Both the position numbers and the translations under genes were made by a program. Shown here in pieces: positions 17,733-29,659 of a stretch of 64,000 nucleotides of DNA. Below the pieces are notes generated by a model that had not been told where the DNA came from, did no database searches, and saw only the letters and a list, made by a program, of their open reading frames with translations. How positions within the stretch are numbered: the stretch's first letter is position 1; each line of letters opens with the position of its first letter. This DNA comes from Candidatus Bathyarchaeota archaeon (GTDB lineage: Archaea; Thermoproteota; Bathyarchaeia; Bathyarchaeales; DTEX01), in NCBI GenBank assembly GCA_018396405.1, contig JAGTQD010000002.1, positions 4,316 to 68,315 of the forward strand. Direction: 5' to 3'.

Positions 17733-18935
17733 CTAAGCTATATTTTCCTCTATGAAGGCCTTTAGTCTTCTTAAGCCTTCCTTAATGGTTTCCTCGGAGG
17801 CGGCATAGGAGAATCTTATATGCTCGCCCTCACCTATATTCTTATGCCCGAAATGTATATCTGATAGAACAGCCACACCAAATTCATAAAGTAACCGCTT
17901 CCTGAAATCCTCCGAATCATTTGCGCCCACAATCTTACATGCCTCAGTAACGTTTGGCCAAACGTAGAAGGCTCCTTTCGGCCTAACACATTTAATGCCT
18001 TCAATAGAGTTTAATCCATTAACTATGAGATCCCTCCGCATCTTAAATCGCTCAATCATTCTCTTCGAGTCATCTTGAGGTCCTGTCAGGGCTGTTAAGG
18101 CAGCATACTGATTTGGATGCGGAGCACATGAGTCTGTATTCGTCACCCACCTAGTTAGATACTCAGCAAGCTTTGGGTTTGTTGCAAACCCTATTCTCCA
18201 GCCTGTCATAGCATAAGTCTTTGAGACACCATCAACGATAATTGTTCTCTCCTGCATTCCATCTATCGATGCTATACTGACAAACTCACCGTCATAAACC
18301 ATTTGGGAGTAAACCTCATCCGAAAAGACCCATAGGTTCTCATGCTTCTTAACTATATCAGCTATCTGCTCAAGAGTATCTTTGTCTAAGACACCTCCAG
18401 TCGGGTTATGGGGCGAATTTAATATCAAAAGCCTTGTTCTTTCATTAATCAATTTCTCGAGGTACTCAACGTCTATGCTAAAGTTCCTGCTTTCAAGTAT
18501 TGGTAGTGGAACTGGCACTGCGCCATAAGCCCTTATAAGAGATTCATATATCGGGAAACCTGGGTTTGGATATATAACTTCATGCCCGACTCCTGGGTCG
18601 GTAACAGTCAATATTGTGTATCCAATGAACGGTTTAGCTCCACATGCTACAACGACCCACTCTGGCTTAACGTCTATACCCCTAGTCCTAGAGAAAAATT
18701 CGGCGATAGCTTCTCTAAGCTCCGGTATTCCAGGCGATGGAGTATACCCGGTCTTCCCCATCTTTATAGCCTTTATCGCCCCCTCCTTTATATACTCTGG
18801 TGTATCAAAGTCTGGCTGCCCAATACAGAAGTTCATTATACTCTTACCTTTACGAGTTAGATCCTCAACTTCCTTTAGGACAATAAAGGCGGTTTCAGTT
18901 CCTAGATGCTTAGCCCTCTCCGAGACCTGCGGCAT
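17733..18935 (-). CDS. Class I/II pyridoxal-phosphate aminotransferase (aspartate aminotransferase-like)
   Basis: NSPHNPTGG and the PLP-lysine motif SKTYAMTGWRIG. 400 aa. Confidence 0.85.
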   Translation of the reverse strand: MPQVSERAKHLGTETAFIVLKEVEDLTRKGKSIMNFCIGQPDFDTPEYIKEGAIKAIKMGKTGYTPSPGIPELREAIAEFFSRTRGIDVKPEWVVVACGAKPFIGYTILTVTDPGVGHEVIYPNPGFPIYESLIRAYGAVPVPLPILESRNFSIDVEYLEKLINERTRLLILNSPHNPTGGVLDKDTLEQIADIVKKHENLWVFSDEVYSQMVYDGEFVSIASIDGMQERTIIVDGVSKTYAMTGWRIGFATNPKLAEYLTRWVTNTDSCAPHPNQYAALTALTGPQDDSKRMIERFKMRRDLIVNGLNSIEGIKCVRPKGAFYVWPNVTEACKIVGANDSEDFRKRLLYEFGVAVLSDIHFGHKNIGEGEHIRFSYAASEETIKEGLRRLKAFIEENIA

Positions 18936-19073
18936 GCCGATCCCTCATCATCCTAATATTGTTCCCAAAATCCCAACATTAATACGATCTTCCTCATAAA
19001 ACTTTCCCTTTCCCCATTTTTCAATTAAGTTTATCTAGCCTCATGCTTTGAAATCTTCTAATTAGGGGTCATT

Positions 19074-19358
19074 ATGTTAAGATCGGAGTATAAGGCTGAA
19101 GGAGGCAAGCTTATAAAGGTTCAGCTTAGTAAAGAGGATAATCAAATAACCTTTATAAAGATTACTGGCGACTTCTTTATGCATCCAGAGGATCTTATTG
19201 AGGATCTTGAGAGATCCCTTATAGGTTGCACGATAGATGAAGAGACTATTATAGAGAGGATAAAACGATTTATAGAAGAGAGAGAAGTAGCCTTGTTGGG
19301 CGCGACCCCGGAAGATTTTGCTAAGTGTATAGTTCGGGCGGGTGGTGGCGGTGGTTGA
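19074..19358 (+). CDS. lplB: Lipoate-protein ligase accessory subunit (LplA C-terminal domain, LplB)
   Basis: 94 aa. GKLIKVQL..ITFIKITGDFFMHPED resembles the LplA C-terminal domain. It overlaps the downstream catalytic-domain gene, as in split archaeal LplA/LplB. Confidence 0.7.
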   Translation: MLRSEYKAEGGKLIKVQLSKEDNQITFIKITGDFFMHPEDLIEDLERSLIGCTIDEETIIERIKRFIEEREVALLGATPEDFAKCIVRAGGGGG

Positions 19359-20121
19359 GGTATGGAGACTACTCGATACTGGGCTTAGAGACGCATATTA
19401 TAATATGGCATTAGATGAGGCTATAGCCATAGCTAGATCGAAGAAGCTTGTGCCGAATACAATACGCTTCTTTAGATGGGAGCCGTCAGCCGTCTCCATA
19501 GGGTATTTCCAAAGCATGGAGGAGGAGGTTGATATCGAGGCATGCAATAGGCTTGGCATAAACTATGTTAGGAGAAGAACTGGCGGTGGAGCTGTTTATC
19601 ACGATAGGGATGGAGAATTAACATATAGCATCGTCGTGGATGAGGAGCACCCATTAATATCAAGGGATCTACAAAAGACATATGAAGTCCTATGCTCCGG
19701 GTTAGTTAGAGGTTTAAGGAGTTTAGGTGTTCCAGCAGAGTTCCGGCCTATAAATGATATAGTTGTCGAGGGAAAGAAGATCTCCGGAAACGCCCAGACA
19801 AGAAGTATGGGCGTCGTGCACCAGCATGGCACAATATTACGTGACGTAAACCCAAATCTCATGTTTACTGTGCTGAGGGTTCCGAGTGAGAAAATCAGAG
19901 ACAAAATGATAAAATCTGTTGAAGAGAGAGTGACTTCTATAAATAAATACCTTAAAAGAGAAGTAAGCTTTGACGAGCTAAAAAGGGCTCTAATAAGAGG
20001 GTTTGAAGAAGCCTTTAACATTAGGCTAGCCCCAGGAGAAGTAACGGAATACGAGGAAAATCTCGCCATAAAGCTTAGAGACGAAAAATACTCTACACGA
20101 GAATGGAACTTTAGAAGATAA
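19342..20121 (+). CDS. lplA: Lipoate-protein ligase A catalytic subunit
   Basis: RRRTGGGAVYHD and the GKKISGNAQ lysine motif. GTG start region 19342-19351. Confidence 0.85.
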   Translation: MVAVVEVWRLLDTGLRDAYYNMALDEAIAIARSKKLVPNTIRFFRWEPSAVSIGYFQSMEEEVDIEACNRLGINYVRRRTGGGAVYHDRDGELTYSIVVDEEHPLISRDLQKTYEVLCSGLVRGLRSLGVPAEFRPINDIVVEGKKISGNAQTRSMGVVHQHGTILRDVNPNLMFTVLRVPSEKIRDKMIKSVEERVTSINKYLKREVSFDELKRALIRGFEEAFNIRLAPGEVTEYEENLAIKLRDEKYSTREWNFRR

Positions 20122-20164
20122 TGGCCTAAAGTCTCTCCTGTTCTTAGAAGATTATCTTTCCTCC

Positions 20165-20824
20165 TCACTTTTTCTTCATCTCGTCAATGGCTTCAAGTAT
20201 TTTTTTGACGATTATCTCTGGGGGGATCGTTAGATCCTCGCAGTAAATGTCCCTTAAAATCTTTTTCTCCCTATAGTAATTTATTAATGGCTCCGTGTTT
20301 ACCCTATAGACTTTTAGGCGCTCTCTTATAACTTCGGGCTTATCATCCTCCCTCTGATATAATTCGCCACCACATACATCACATATCTCGTCAACTTTTG
20401 GTTTCAATGTGAGTCGATTATATATCGCCCCACAAATTTTACATATCAGCCTATTAGAAAGGCGCTGGATTATTAATTCGTCCGGGACGACGAGATTTAT
20501 GACCAAATCAATCTTAAAATTCTCTTCAAGAAACTTTGCTTGACCAATTGTTCTTGGAAATCCGTCGAGAATGAAACCCCTCTCTGCGTCAGGTTTTTGA
20601 AGTCTCTTCACTAAAAGGCTAATAATTATATCATCTGGGACTAATTCACCCCTCTCAACATACTGCTTAGCAATTCTTCCAACCTCAGTTTGCATCCTTA
20701 TTTCTTCACGAACAAGGTCGCCAGTAGATATATGCGGCACACCAAGTATACCTACAAGCCTAGAGGCATAAGTTCCCTTCCCAGAGCCAGGTGGACCAAA
20801 AATTATCATTCTCATACCTATCAC
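20165..20824 (-). CDS. adk: Adenylate kinase (long type with Zn-binding lid)
   Basis: GPPGSGKGT P-loop, and a lid with CKICG..x..CDVCGGELYQRED. Confidence 0.9.
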   Translation of the reverse strand: MIGMRMIIFGPPGSGKGTYASRLVGILGVPHISTGDLVREEIRMQTEVGRIAKQYVERGELVPDDIIISLLVKRLQKPDAERGFILDGFPRTIGQAKFLEENFKIDLVINLVVPDELIIQRLSNRLICKICGAIYNRLTLKPKVDEICDVCGGELYQREDDKPEVIRERLKVYRVNTEPLINYYREKKILRDIYCEDLTIPPEIIVKKILEAIDEMKKK

Positions 20825-20951
20825 CTACTTTTATAAACTATAAAGAGCAAATTAATGTAAAACCTTTTCATCAAATTGTTAATCAAATTTAATGAGGTCG
20901 AAAAGAATCGTCATAAATATATAAATATGGGATCAAAATATTTTAGTTAGG

Positions 20952-21221
20952 ATGAAGATGGCTAGGAGAACTCAAAAAGACGCCCAACAAACGCGCAACG
21001 CCATTGTGGTTCTCCTCCGCAATACTACATGGAAGTGCGGCAAGATCGAGCGGCTCATAGTAGAGTACCTTCAAAATAGGTTGAGGAAATATGGGGTAGC
21101 GCACTCTTCGATAGGCGAAATGGCCCAATACTTTAATTTTAATGGAAAGCAGAAGAGCGAATTATTCGATGCTCTGAAGAGACTAGAGAAGAGATATATA
21201 GTGGAGATTAAAGGACTATAA
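20952..21221 (+). CDS. Small hypothetical protein, possible winged-helix DNA-binding fold
   Basis: 89-aa basic ORF. SSIGEMAQYF..ELFDALKRLEKRYIVEI resembles a helix-turn-helix followed by a wing. No family recognised. Confidence 0.35.
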   Translation: MKMARRTQKDAQQTRNAIVVLLRNTTWKCGKIERLIVEYLQNRLRKYGVAHSSIGEMAQYFNFNGKQKSELFDALKRLEKRYIVEIKGL

Positions 21222-21292
21222 CTCCTATCTCTTTATTTTTTAACTTATGATCTTGTATAATGTAGTAGTATCTAGCATAAGGGGTATATAAG

Positions 21293-22210
21293 GTGTCATC
21301 TACAAGTACTGATTGTTGCAAGCATATGTTGAAAGTAGCTTCTTCTGAGGGCGTATCAATATATTGTCCAGAAAAGGGAAGGTTCTCATTCTTTAACAGC
21401 CCATACCCGGCGCATAAGGCTTATGCAGCCATCGACATATATCCATGCAGAGACTTTGGCTCAGTTGCACCATCACCGGTCTCTGGAGAAGTAAAAGAGA
21501 TACGGAGGGTAGCATGCCCGGAAAAAAGCAGCTTTAAAAGCTCAGCATATGATTACGTCATCCTCCTACAAAGTTTAGAAAATCCAGGAAGGTGGATCAA
21601 AATATTACATTTAGAACCGCTCATAAAAGTGGGAGATATCGTTAATGTTGGGGATAATTTAGGAACCCTTTTAAGATCCGGGTTCTTTGATTATTGGACT
21701 GATCCGCATATTCACGTTGAGATAAGAGAACCCTCTGACCCGATACGCGCCAGGGGAGGATTCAGAATTAAAAGGGAGATTTTTAGCTCTCTTGACGCTG
21801 ATGAGTTAGAGGAGCTACATGGTGTAATCGTTGAATCAAAATCAGAATACGCATTAATGCTTCTGGATATAGAGTTAAAATATGGAATTCCTGTCAAAAT
21901 TGGTGAAGAAACTGGATTTATTGATGGTGGTATTCCACATTATGGCTTTTTTGGAGTTCATATATTTTCTGCTGAGGCTCTTAGTAGCAGTCTAGTTAAG
22001 TTCTGTAATGCGGATATTGGCGTCATAGAGCATATTTATTCAGATGCGTGTATCGCCCGATGCACCAACAAAGTTTTTAGAGTGAAAGGTTCACCTGTAA
22101 AACTCTCATTATATCTCTATTTATCAAAGCCTCTAGTGAAAATCATCCCAAACGATGCTAAATTAAGACTGGAGAAATTTGAGGAGGTTTCAGTAGTAGC
22201 CTCTGATTGA
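21293..22210 (+). CDS. Hypothetical protein with a LytM/M23-peptidase-like core
   Basis: AIDIY..APSPVSGEVKEI..LHLEPLIKVGDIVNVGDNLG..DPHIHVEIRE follows the order and spacing of M23 barrel motifs (metal Asp, G-x-V strand, HxH). No signal peptide. Confidence 0.4.
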   Translation: MSSTSTDCCKHMLKVASSEGVSIYCPEKGRFSFFNSPYPAHKAYAAIDIYPCRDFGSVAPSPVSGEVKEIRRVACPEKSSFKSSAYDYVILLQSLENPGRWIKILHLEPLIKVGDIVNVGDNLGTLLRSGFFDYWTDPHIHVEIREPSDPIRARGGFRIKREIFSSLDADELEELHGVIVESKSEYALMLLDIELKYGIPVKIGEETGFIDGGIPHYGFFGVHIFSAEALSSSLVKFCNADIGVIEHIYSDACIARCTNKVFRVKGSPVKLSLYLYLSKPLVKIIPNDAKLRLEKFEEVSVVASD

Positions 22211-22290
22211 TTAAGAAAATGGCTTTAACACAACACTATTAACCAAAAGATATTTTGCCTAGAAAATATCTTATTAAGTGAGGGAAAAGC

Positions 22291-22497
22291 ATGCCCTACT
22301 GCCCTGAATGTGGGGGCGAAATGCTTTACATGAGCCGAGTAAAGCAATATGTATGCAAGGATTGCGGTCTCTCATTAACTTTACAAGAAATTATTGAAAT
22401 TAGGGAGAAATCGAGGGGTAGCCAAGAGAGCGATGAGGACGAGAAAAGAAAAATTAGAAAAGAATACCTAGCCTGGTGGCTTTCAAAAAAGCGGTAA
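22291..22497 (+). CDS. Small Zn-ribbon protein with a Lys/Glu-rich tail
   Basis: CPECGG..x14..CKDCG in the first 30 aa. 68 aa. Confidence 0.5.
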   Translation: MPYCPECGGEMLYMSRVKQYVCKDCGLSLTLQEIIEIREKSRGSQESDEDEKRKIRKEYLAWWLSKKR

Positions 22498-22554
22498 ACC
22501 ATTGTTCATGATAAGAGTAAATAACATCGAAAAGATTAGTGAATGATGTTCATC

Positions 22555-23424
22555 CTAAATGGTAGTATTGCCTATTTCTGGAGCCTTTGGATACGAGCCT
22601 AAAATTTTAACGAAGAGTGCGTTAGCCTTTAATCCTTCAAGGGCTTCAGCGCATTTAGCTTCGGTTCTATGTCCCTCAAAATCTAGATAGAAGTTGTATT
22701 CCCAAGGCTTCTGTCTAGTCGGTCTCGACTCTATTTTAGTCAGATTTATCCCACGCGATGCAAACTCTCCCAGCGCCCTATATAACGCTCCTGGAACATG
22801 CCTTGTTGAGAATATTATCGATGTTTTATCGTTTCCTGTCGGCGGCGCGTCGAATGTTGAAAGGATAAAGAATCTAGTATAATTATTCGGGTTGTCCGCT
22901 ATATCCCTAGCTAAAATCTTCATGTTATAGATTTCTGCACATCTCTCACTTGCTATTGCAGCGGCATCGAGCATCCCACGTTCCTTAATCAACTTAACGC
23001 TCCCAGCAGTATCATAAGTGGAGATTAACTCACATCCAAGTCTCTCAAGAAAATTTCTACATTGCCCAAGGGCCTGTGGATGCGAAAAAATAACCTTGAT
23101 TGAACCAAAATCTACGCCTGGATTAGCTATTAGGCAATGAACTATTTTCAGTATCACTTCACCGCAAACTTTAACGTCATGCTCAAGGAATAGGTCATAA
23201 ACCTGCGTTACACTTCCTTCAAGGGAATTTTCTACTGGGACAACTCCAAACTCCGTTTCACCACTCTCAACACGCCTGAATACGTCTATAAAGCGCTTAC
23301 ATGGGACTGGCTGAACATCTTGCCCAAAAAATTCATAGATGGCGCTTTCGCTGTAAGCTCCTATCTCCCCCTGAAAGGCAACTTTAACTGGTCTTTTAAG
23401 ATTCTTAACCCAGCTGACGTGCAT
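22555..23424 (-). CDS. pheA: Prephenate dehydratase with C-terminal ACT domain
   Basis: FQGEIGAYSE, NYTRFFIL and TKIESRPTR motifs. 289 aa. Confidence 0.85.
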   Translation of the reverse strand: MHVSWVKNLKRPVKVAFQGEIGAYSESAIYEFFGQDVQPVPCKRFIDVFRRVESGETEFGVVPVENSLEGSVTQVYDLFLEHDVKVCGEVILKIVHCLIANPGVDFGSIKVIFSHPQALGQCRNFLERLGCELISTYDTAGSVKLIKERGMLDAAAIASERCAEIYNMKILARDIADNPNNYTRFFILSTFDAPPTGNDKTSIIFSTRHVPGALYRALGEFASRGINLTKIESRPTRQKPWEYNFYLDFEGHRTEAKCAEALEGLKANALFVKILGSYPKAPEIGNTTI

Positions 23425-23545
23425 ACTTAATATTTCGCCTCAGCTGAACGGCAAACTAAGATAAAGTATTCATGGAATTAATAAGTATTTTTAGTTAATG
23501 CCGAAAAACGCGGCCATAAAGCTTATGGGCAAAAAGGTTAAATAG

Positions 23546-23569
23546 TTACGCCTGTTAGTATAGGCGTAA
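23546..23569. other. Perfect 8-bp stem / 8-nt loop palindrome 21 nt upstream of the L15e start
   Basis: TTACGCCT-GTTAGTAT-AGGCGTAA, read directly from the sequence. Function unknown. Confidence 0.5.
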
Positions 23570-23589
23570 AAGTTTACGGGTAGGTTGTC

Positions 23590-24090
23590 TTGGCCTATAA
23601 ATATATGAGTGAAGCTTGGAGAAAGTCTCACGAATCTTATGTAGCCGAAATTATGCGTCAGAGAGTTATCGAGTGGCGTAAGGAGCCATCTATAGTTAGG
23701 ATCGATAAACCAACTCGAATCGATAGAGCTAGAAGACTCGGTTACAAGGATAAGCCCGGCTTCATTGTTGTGCGCGTTAGAGTTAGGAAAAGTGGCTTCA
23801 GGAAGGAGAGACCGAATTCTGGTAGAAGGCCTAAAAGCATGGGGGTGACTAAATATAAGCTGGCTAAAAGTATGAGACTCATAGCCGAGGAAAGGGCTGC
23901 TAGGAAATTCCCAAACCTTGAGGTTTTAAATTCCTATTGGGTTTGGGAAGACGGGCGCCATAAATGGTTTGAAGTGATAATGGTTGATAGAACCCTACGC
24001 CCAGAGGTTCAGCTCGGGAAGGGTAGGGGTAGAGTTTTTAGAGGATTAACGATGGCGGGAAGAAAAGTTCGCGGCCTGCTCGCTAAATAA
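23590..24090 (+). CDS. rpl15e: 50S ribosomal protein L15e
   Basis: [62 protein letters not shown] matches L15e along its whole length. TTG start. Confidence 0.9.
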   Translation: MAYKYMSEAWRKSHESYVAEIMRQRVIEWRKEPSIVRIDKPTRIDRARRLGYKDKPGFIVVRVRVRKSGFRKERPNSGRRPKSMGVTKYKLAKSMRLIAEERAARKFPNLEVLNSYWVWEDGRHKWFEVIMVDRTLRPEVQLGKGRGRVFRGLTMAGRKVRGLLAK

Positions 24091-24108
24091 GTGGCTGGCC
24101 GATAAATT

Positions 24109-24663
24109 TTATGGGAGAAATACTGCTGCGGCTATAACTGTTGTCCAGAGACCGTCCTTATGCCCCTCGGCTGATTGACATATATGTGTCGTCTTAAAGA
24201 TCTTGCCGCTGGCTTTATATACCTTCTTTCGCTCATCCCATGCCTTCTCTGGATCAAATTCTATTCCAAGACTCGTGGCAAGCATTGTTGCCGCAAGGTC
24301 TTCAGCATACTCACCAGCCTTCTTTGCAGTCTCTCCGAAGGAGTGGTGCTCAGATAAATAACCATATCCATTATCATCTTTTGGTATGGCTAATCCGACA
24401 GCCGCTGCGATTAAGCGGTTTGGCTCATTAGTCTCGTTCTTCGCCATGACCACATAGGTTACTTGACCCGGCTTTAACAATTTGAGCCCCTCTTCTCTCG
24501 AAATTATCTTGCAGCCCGGTGGGAAAATACTTGATATGCAAACCAAGTTGCACTTCTCTATCCCAGCGTCTCTCAATGCTAGCTCATATGATATTAATCT
24601 ATCCTTGTGTATCCCCACACCCTTCGTAAAGAACATTTTTGTAGGGATTATGCTCATCTCCAT
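24109..24663 (-). CDS. pdaD: Pyruvoyl-dependent arginine decarboxylase proenzyme
   Basis: [19 protein letters not shown], where the Ser-Ser is the self-cleavage site context. Size is ~180 aa. Confidence 0.75.
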   Translation of the reverse strand: MEMSIIPTKMFFTKGVGIHKDRLISYELALRDAGIEKCNLVCISSIFPPGCKIISREEGLKLLKPGQVTYVVMAKNETNEPNRLIAAAVGLAIPKDDNGYGYLSEHHSFGETAKKAGEYAEDLAATMLATSLGIEFDPEKAWDERKKVYKASGKIFKTTHICQSAEGHKDGLWTTVIAAAVFLP

Positions 24664-24870
24664 AACAGTAAAAATTTAAGAAAAACTTTTAAGTTTTTTC
24701 TCGTTAAAAATGCCTAGGTAAAAATGCCGCAATATGATAAAAAGCGGTAAAATGGTTTCCGTGGGAAACTTAAGACGAGTAAAGCGTTATAGAAGCCGAT
24801 GGAAAACTCGAAAAACTTAAAGGTTAAAAGATCGTTGTAAGAAAACGGTATATAGTAGAGTGGCTGGTGG

Positions 24871-25326
24871 ATGAAGAGTAGAATTGCATATGTAAATTTA
24901 AGTTTTTTTGCCCATGCGACGGAAGACCAAGAAAAAGTTCTTGCGGCCGCTAGAAATCTATTTCCTTCAGGCTACGCAGATAAAGTGACGTTTAGTAGAA
25001 GCAAGCTTAATGGTGAATATAATAATCCTATAATCTTTTTTAAGGCTCAGGTAAGGGAGCCTGAGATAATTAGATCACTGTTACTTAATATATCATCGAA
25101 TCTCCCATTAACCGATAAAGAAAACTTAACCAGACATTTGAATCTGCACTTAGATGGAGGCAACCTTTACCTCAGATTTGATAAGCAAGAAGCCTACAGA
25201 GGAAGATTTAAGATTTGTATGGCTGATCCAATAAGGATACATATAAGATTTAAGACGTCGGATCCTAAAGAAATTAGAGAAACTTGCCGAGAAATAGGGC
25301 TCTTATATGAAGAGGGTATACGCTGA
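24871..25326 (+). CDS. Predicted RNA-binding protein of the exosome/RNase P superoperon (COG1325-like)
   Basis: 151-aa ORF immediately upstream of, and overlapping, the Rpp30 gene. That is the position this family occupies in the conserved archaeal superoperon. The call rests on context plus size only. Confidence 0.5.
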   Translation: MKSRIAYVNLSFFAHATEDQEKVLAAARNLFPSGYADKVTFSRSKLNGEYNNPIIFFKAQVREPEIIRSLLLNISSNLPLTDKENLTRHLNLHLDGGNLYLRFDKQEAYRGRFKICMADPIRIHIRFKTSDPKEIRETCREIGLLYEEGIR

Positions 25327-26035
25327 TCTACATTTACGCCCACCTTCAGGTCGAATAGAAGATATAAAGTTTTTGATAGAGAGGGCATCTAGCCTTGGTT
25401 ATAGTATTGTTGGATTAACCTTTCCGCCAGACATAGATAGGGAAACGATTAAGGCCTTGCAGAGAGAGTTTTCAAATATAGATTTGGTCACCAGAATAGA
25501 TTTATCGCCGAAAAATGCGGGGGAATTATTAAAGCTCTTGAGTAAAGTTAGATGGAAGTTTGAGATAGTAGCCGTAGAATGTGCGACGAGAGAAGTTGCT
25601 TTACAGGCCGCTAAGGATCGGAGAGTCGACTTAATATTTTTTGCGCTGGAAGACCCGAAAAAACATTTTTTCGGGATCTCTGAGGCTAAGCTTGCCTCTG
25701 AAAAAAACGCAGCCTTAGAAGTTAACATGTCGCCAATACTTTATTTAACCAGCCCCTCTAGAATTAACCTTCTTAGAGTTTTACGGAGAGAGGCATTGAT
25801 AGCTAAGAAATATAATGTGCCGATAGTTATCTCAAGCGGGGCAAGTAATCCATACATGCTTAGGAGACCGGAGGATTATGCTTTTCTAGCTTTTCTCATA
25901 GATCTAGATTTTCACAGCGCTAGGCAGGCGCTCTCAGAGAACCCGAGAACTATAGTTGAGCGGAATAGAAAGAAGTTAAGTGAAAATTACGTATGTTCAG
26001 GGGTTTATATTGTGAGGAGGGGGGAGGACTGCTAA
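25307..26035 (+). CDS. rnp3: RNase P protein component 3 (Rpp30 homolog)
   Basis: 242 aa. Starts VYADLHLRP, has TIM-barrel-like alternating pattern, and sits directly upstream of Pop5. Confidence 0.75.
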   Translation: MKRVYADLHLRPPSGRIEDIKFLIERASSLGYSIVGLTFPPDIDRETIKALQREFSNIDLVTRIDLSPKNAGELLKLLSKVRWKFEIVAVECATREVALQAAKDRRVDLIFFALEDPKKHFFGISEAKLASEKNAALEVNMSPILYLTSPSRINLLRVLRREALIAKKYNVPIVISSGASNPYMLRRPEDYAFLAFLIDLDFHSARQALSENPRTIVERNRKKLSENYVCSGVYIVRRGEDC

Positions 26036-26370
26036 CTAAAGCTAGACGACGCTATATACTGGCTAAAATTGATGCCAAGAAGATCCCGCGTAAAAAGGAT
26101 TTTGAAAACACTTTATGGCATAGCCTCACCAATTTGTTTGGTGAGTATTGCGCAAGCCAAGCAGACTTATCTTTAATTGAGTATAACGAGGAGATGGGCT
26201 ACGCCATAGTCCGCTGCTCCCATACGGTACTCCCGAATGTTCGGGCGGCGATTGCAGCGATAACAAAAATTAGTAATGAGGAGGTGGCAGTCCATACGCT
26301 TTTAGTTTCGGGAACGCTGAAGACGCTGAAGAGAAAGATGACCTGTATTCTTGGGGGAGAAAAGAAATAA
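25993..26370 (+). CDS. rnp2: RNase P protein component 2 (Pop5 homolog)
   Basis: RRRYILAKI..GYAIVRCSH..VLPNVRAAIA pattern. ~125 aa, overlapping the rnp3 3' end. Confidence 0.75.
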   Translation: MFRGLYCEEGGGLLTKARRRYILAKIDAKKIPRKKDFENTLWHSLTNLFGEYCASQADLSLIEYNEEMGYAIVRCSHTVLPNVRAAIAAITKISNEEVAVHTLLVSGTLKTLKRKMTCILGGEKK

Positions 26371-26425
26371 ATTTGACCCATCTACTTACGCATTATTTAG
26401 AATAAAAATTTAGTGAGATGCGGTT

Positions 26426-27124
26426 ATGGAGAAGGAGCAGCTGATCGATAAGGAGATCGCCATGGATTTCATGTTACTTTACGCTCTTGCCAAAATAGGC
26501 GCATATCATGAGCCAATAAGAATCTCAACAGTCTCGTTTGCTAAAAAAATCGGGTTATCTCAGCAGAGCGCATCAAGGCACTTAATAAGCCTAGAGAAAA
26601 GGGGGCTCATATATCGGTCTATAGGTAAAGAGGGGAGCTTAATCAGAATTTCTAAGGCTGGAGAAGACCTCCTTAGGGAGATATATCTTAACTTAAATAT
26701 GATCTTTGAGAGAAAGCCGCATTCTATACTGATCGAGGGGGAAGTTTTCAGCGGGCTTGGTGAAGGAGCCTATTATGTATCCCAAGAAGGATATAGAAGA
26801 CAGTTCATAGAGAAGCTGGGTTTTGATCCATATCCCGGAACACTAAATTTAAGGATAATTGATGGAAAGGGCATTATGCAAAGAGCCTCCTTAGATGCTT
26901 ATCCGGGAATAGAGATTAAGGGCTTTAGAAATAAGAGCAGAACTTATGGGATGGTTAAATGCTTTTTTGCTATGATTAATGGACGCGAAAGGGGAGCTGT
27001 TGTTCTCGCCTCAAGGAGCCATTATGGAAAAGATACATTGGAGATAATATCCCCAGTATATCTTCGGGAGAAACTGGGACTAAAAGATGGAGATAGAATT
27101 AAGGTGGAAATTTTCATTCAATAG
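26426..27124 (+). CDS. ribK: Winged-HTH fused to CTP-dependent riboflavin kinase (RbkR-type regulator/kinase)
   Basis: N-terminal wHTH (ISTVSFAKKIGLSQQSASRHLISLEKRGLI) plus a C-terminal archaeal RibK core (EGEVFSGLGEGAYYV..GFDPYPGTLNL). Confidence 0.8.
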   Translation: MEKEQLIDKEIAMDFMLLYALAKIGAYHEPIRISTVSFAKKIGLSQQSASRHLISLEKRGLIYRSIGKEGSLIRISKAGEDLLREIYLNLNMIFERKPHSILIEGEVFSGLGEGAYYVSQEGYRRQFIEKLGFDPYPGTLNLRIIDGKGIMQRASLDAYPGIEIKGFRNKSRTYGMVKCFFAMINGRERGAVVLASRSHYGKDTLEIISPVYLREKLGLKDGDRIKVEIFIQ

Positions 27125-27143
27125 AGAATAGTAGGCTAAAAAC

Positions 27144-27380
27144 TTATTTTTTCGCCAGTTGTATAAGGCGCTTTCCTTTTGTTAGGGATGATACAAGGAT
27201 TAGGCCAGTAATCTCCATCCGCATTATAGTCTTATTTAACTCATTGAAGCTTATATCCTTGTATCCATAAGTGTTTCTTAACATCTCAAGAAGCTCCACG
27301 TCTGTTAGGGAGTTCTTCTTTTCAAGTATTTCAAGTATCGTTATGTGGAGAGGCTGAGGTCTCCATACTTTCGTCGCCAT
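27144..27380 (-). CDS. Small hypothetical winged-helix-like protein
   Basis: 78-aa ORF with ILEILEKKNSLTDVELLEML..ITGLILV. No family recognised. Confidence 0.4.
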   Translation of the reverse strand: MATKVWRPQPLHITILEILEKKNSLTDVELLEMLRNTYGYKDISFNELNKTIMRMEITGLILVSSLTKGKRLIQLAKK

Positions 27381-27402
27381 CTTCCACTAGCACGCCCACG
27401 CC

Positions 27403-29604
<2,202 letters not shown>

Positions 29605-29659
29605 TTATCATTCTTAGTTAAATAGTTTCTCGGATATAAGTATTAGCGCGTAAACTCCT

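Noticed and set aside
12274-20121. Functional link between the Hdr-like operon and the lipoate-protein ligase genes (by analogy with sHdr/LbpA sulfur-oxidation systems)
   Set aside because: The lplB/lplA genes are more than 12 kb away, separated by many unrelated housekeeping genes. No lipoate-binding-protein gene is visible, so the association is not supported by this window.
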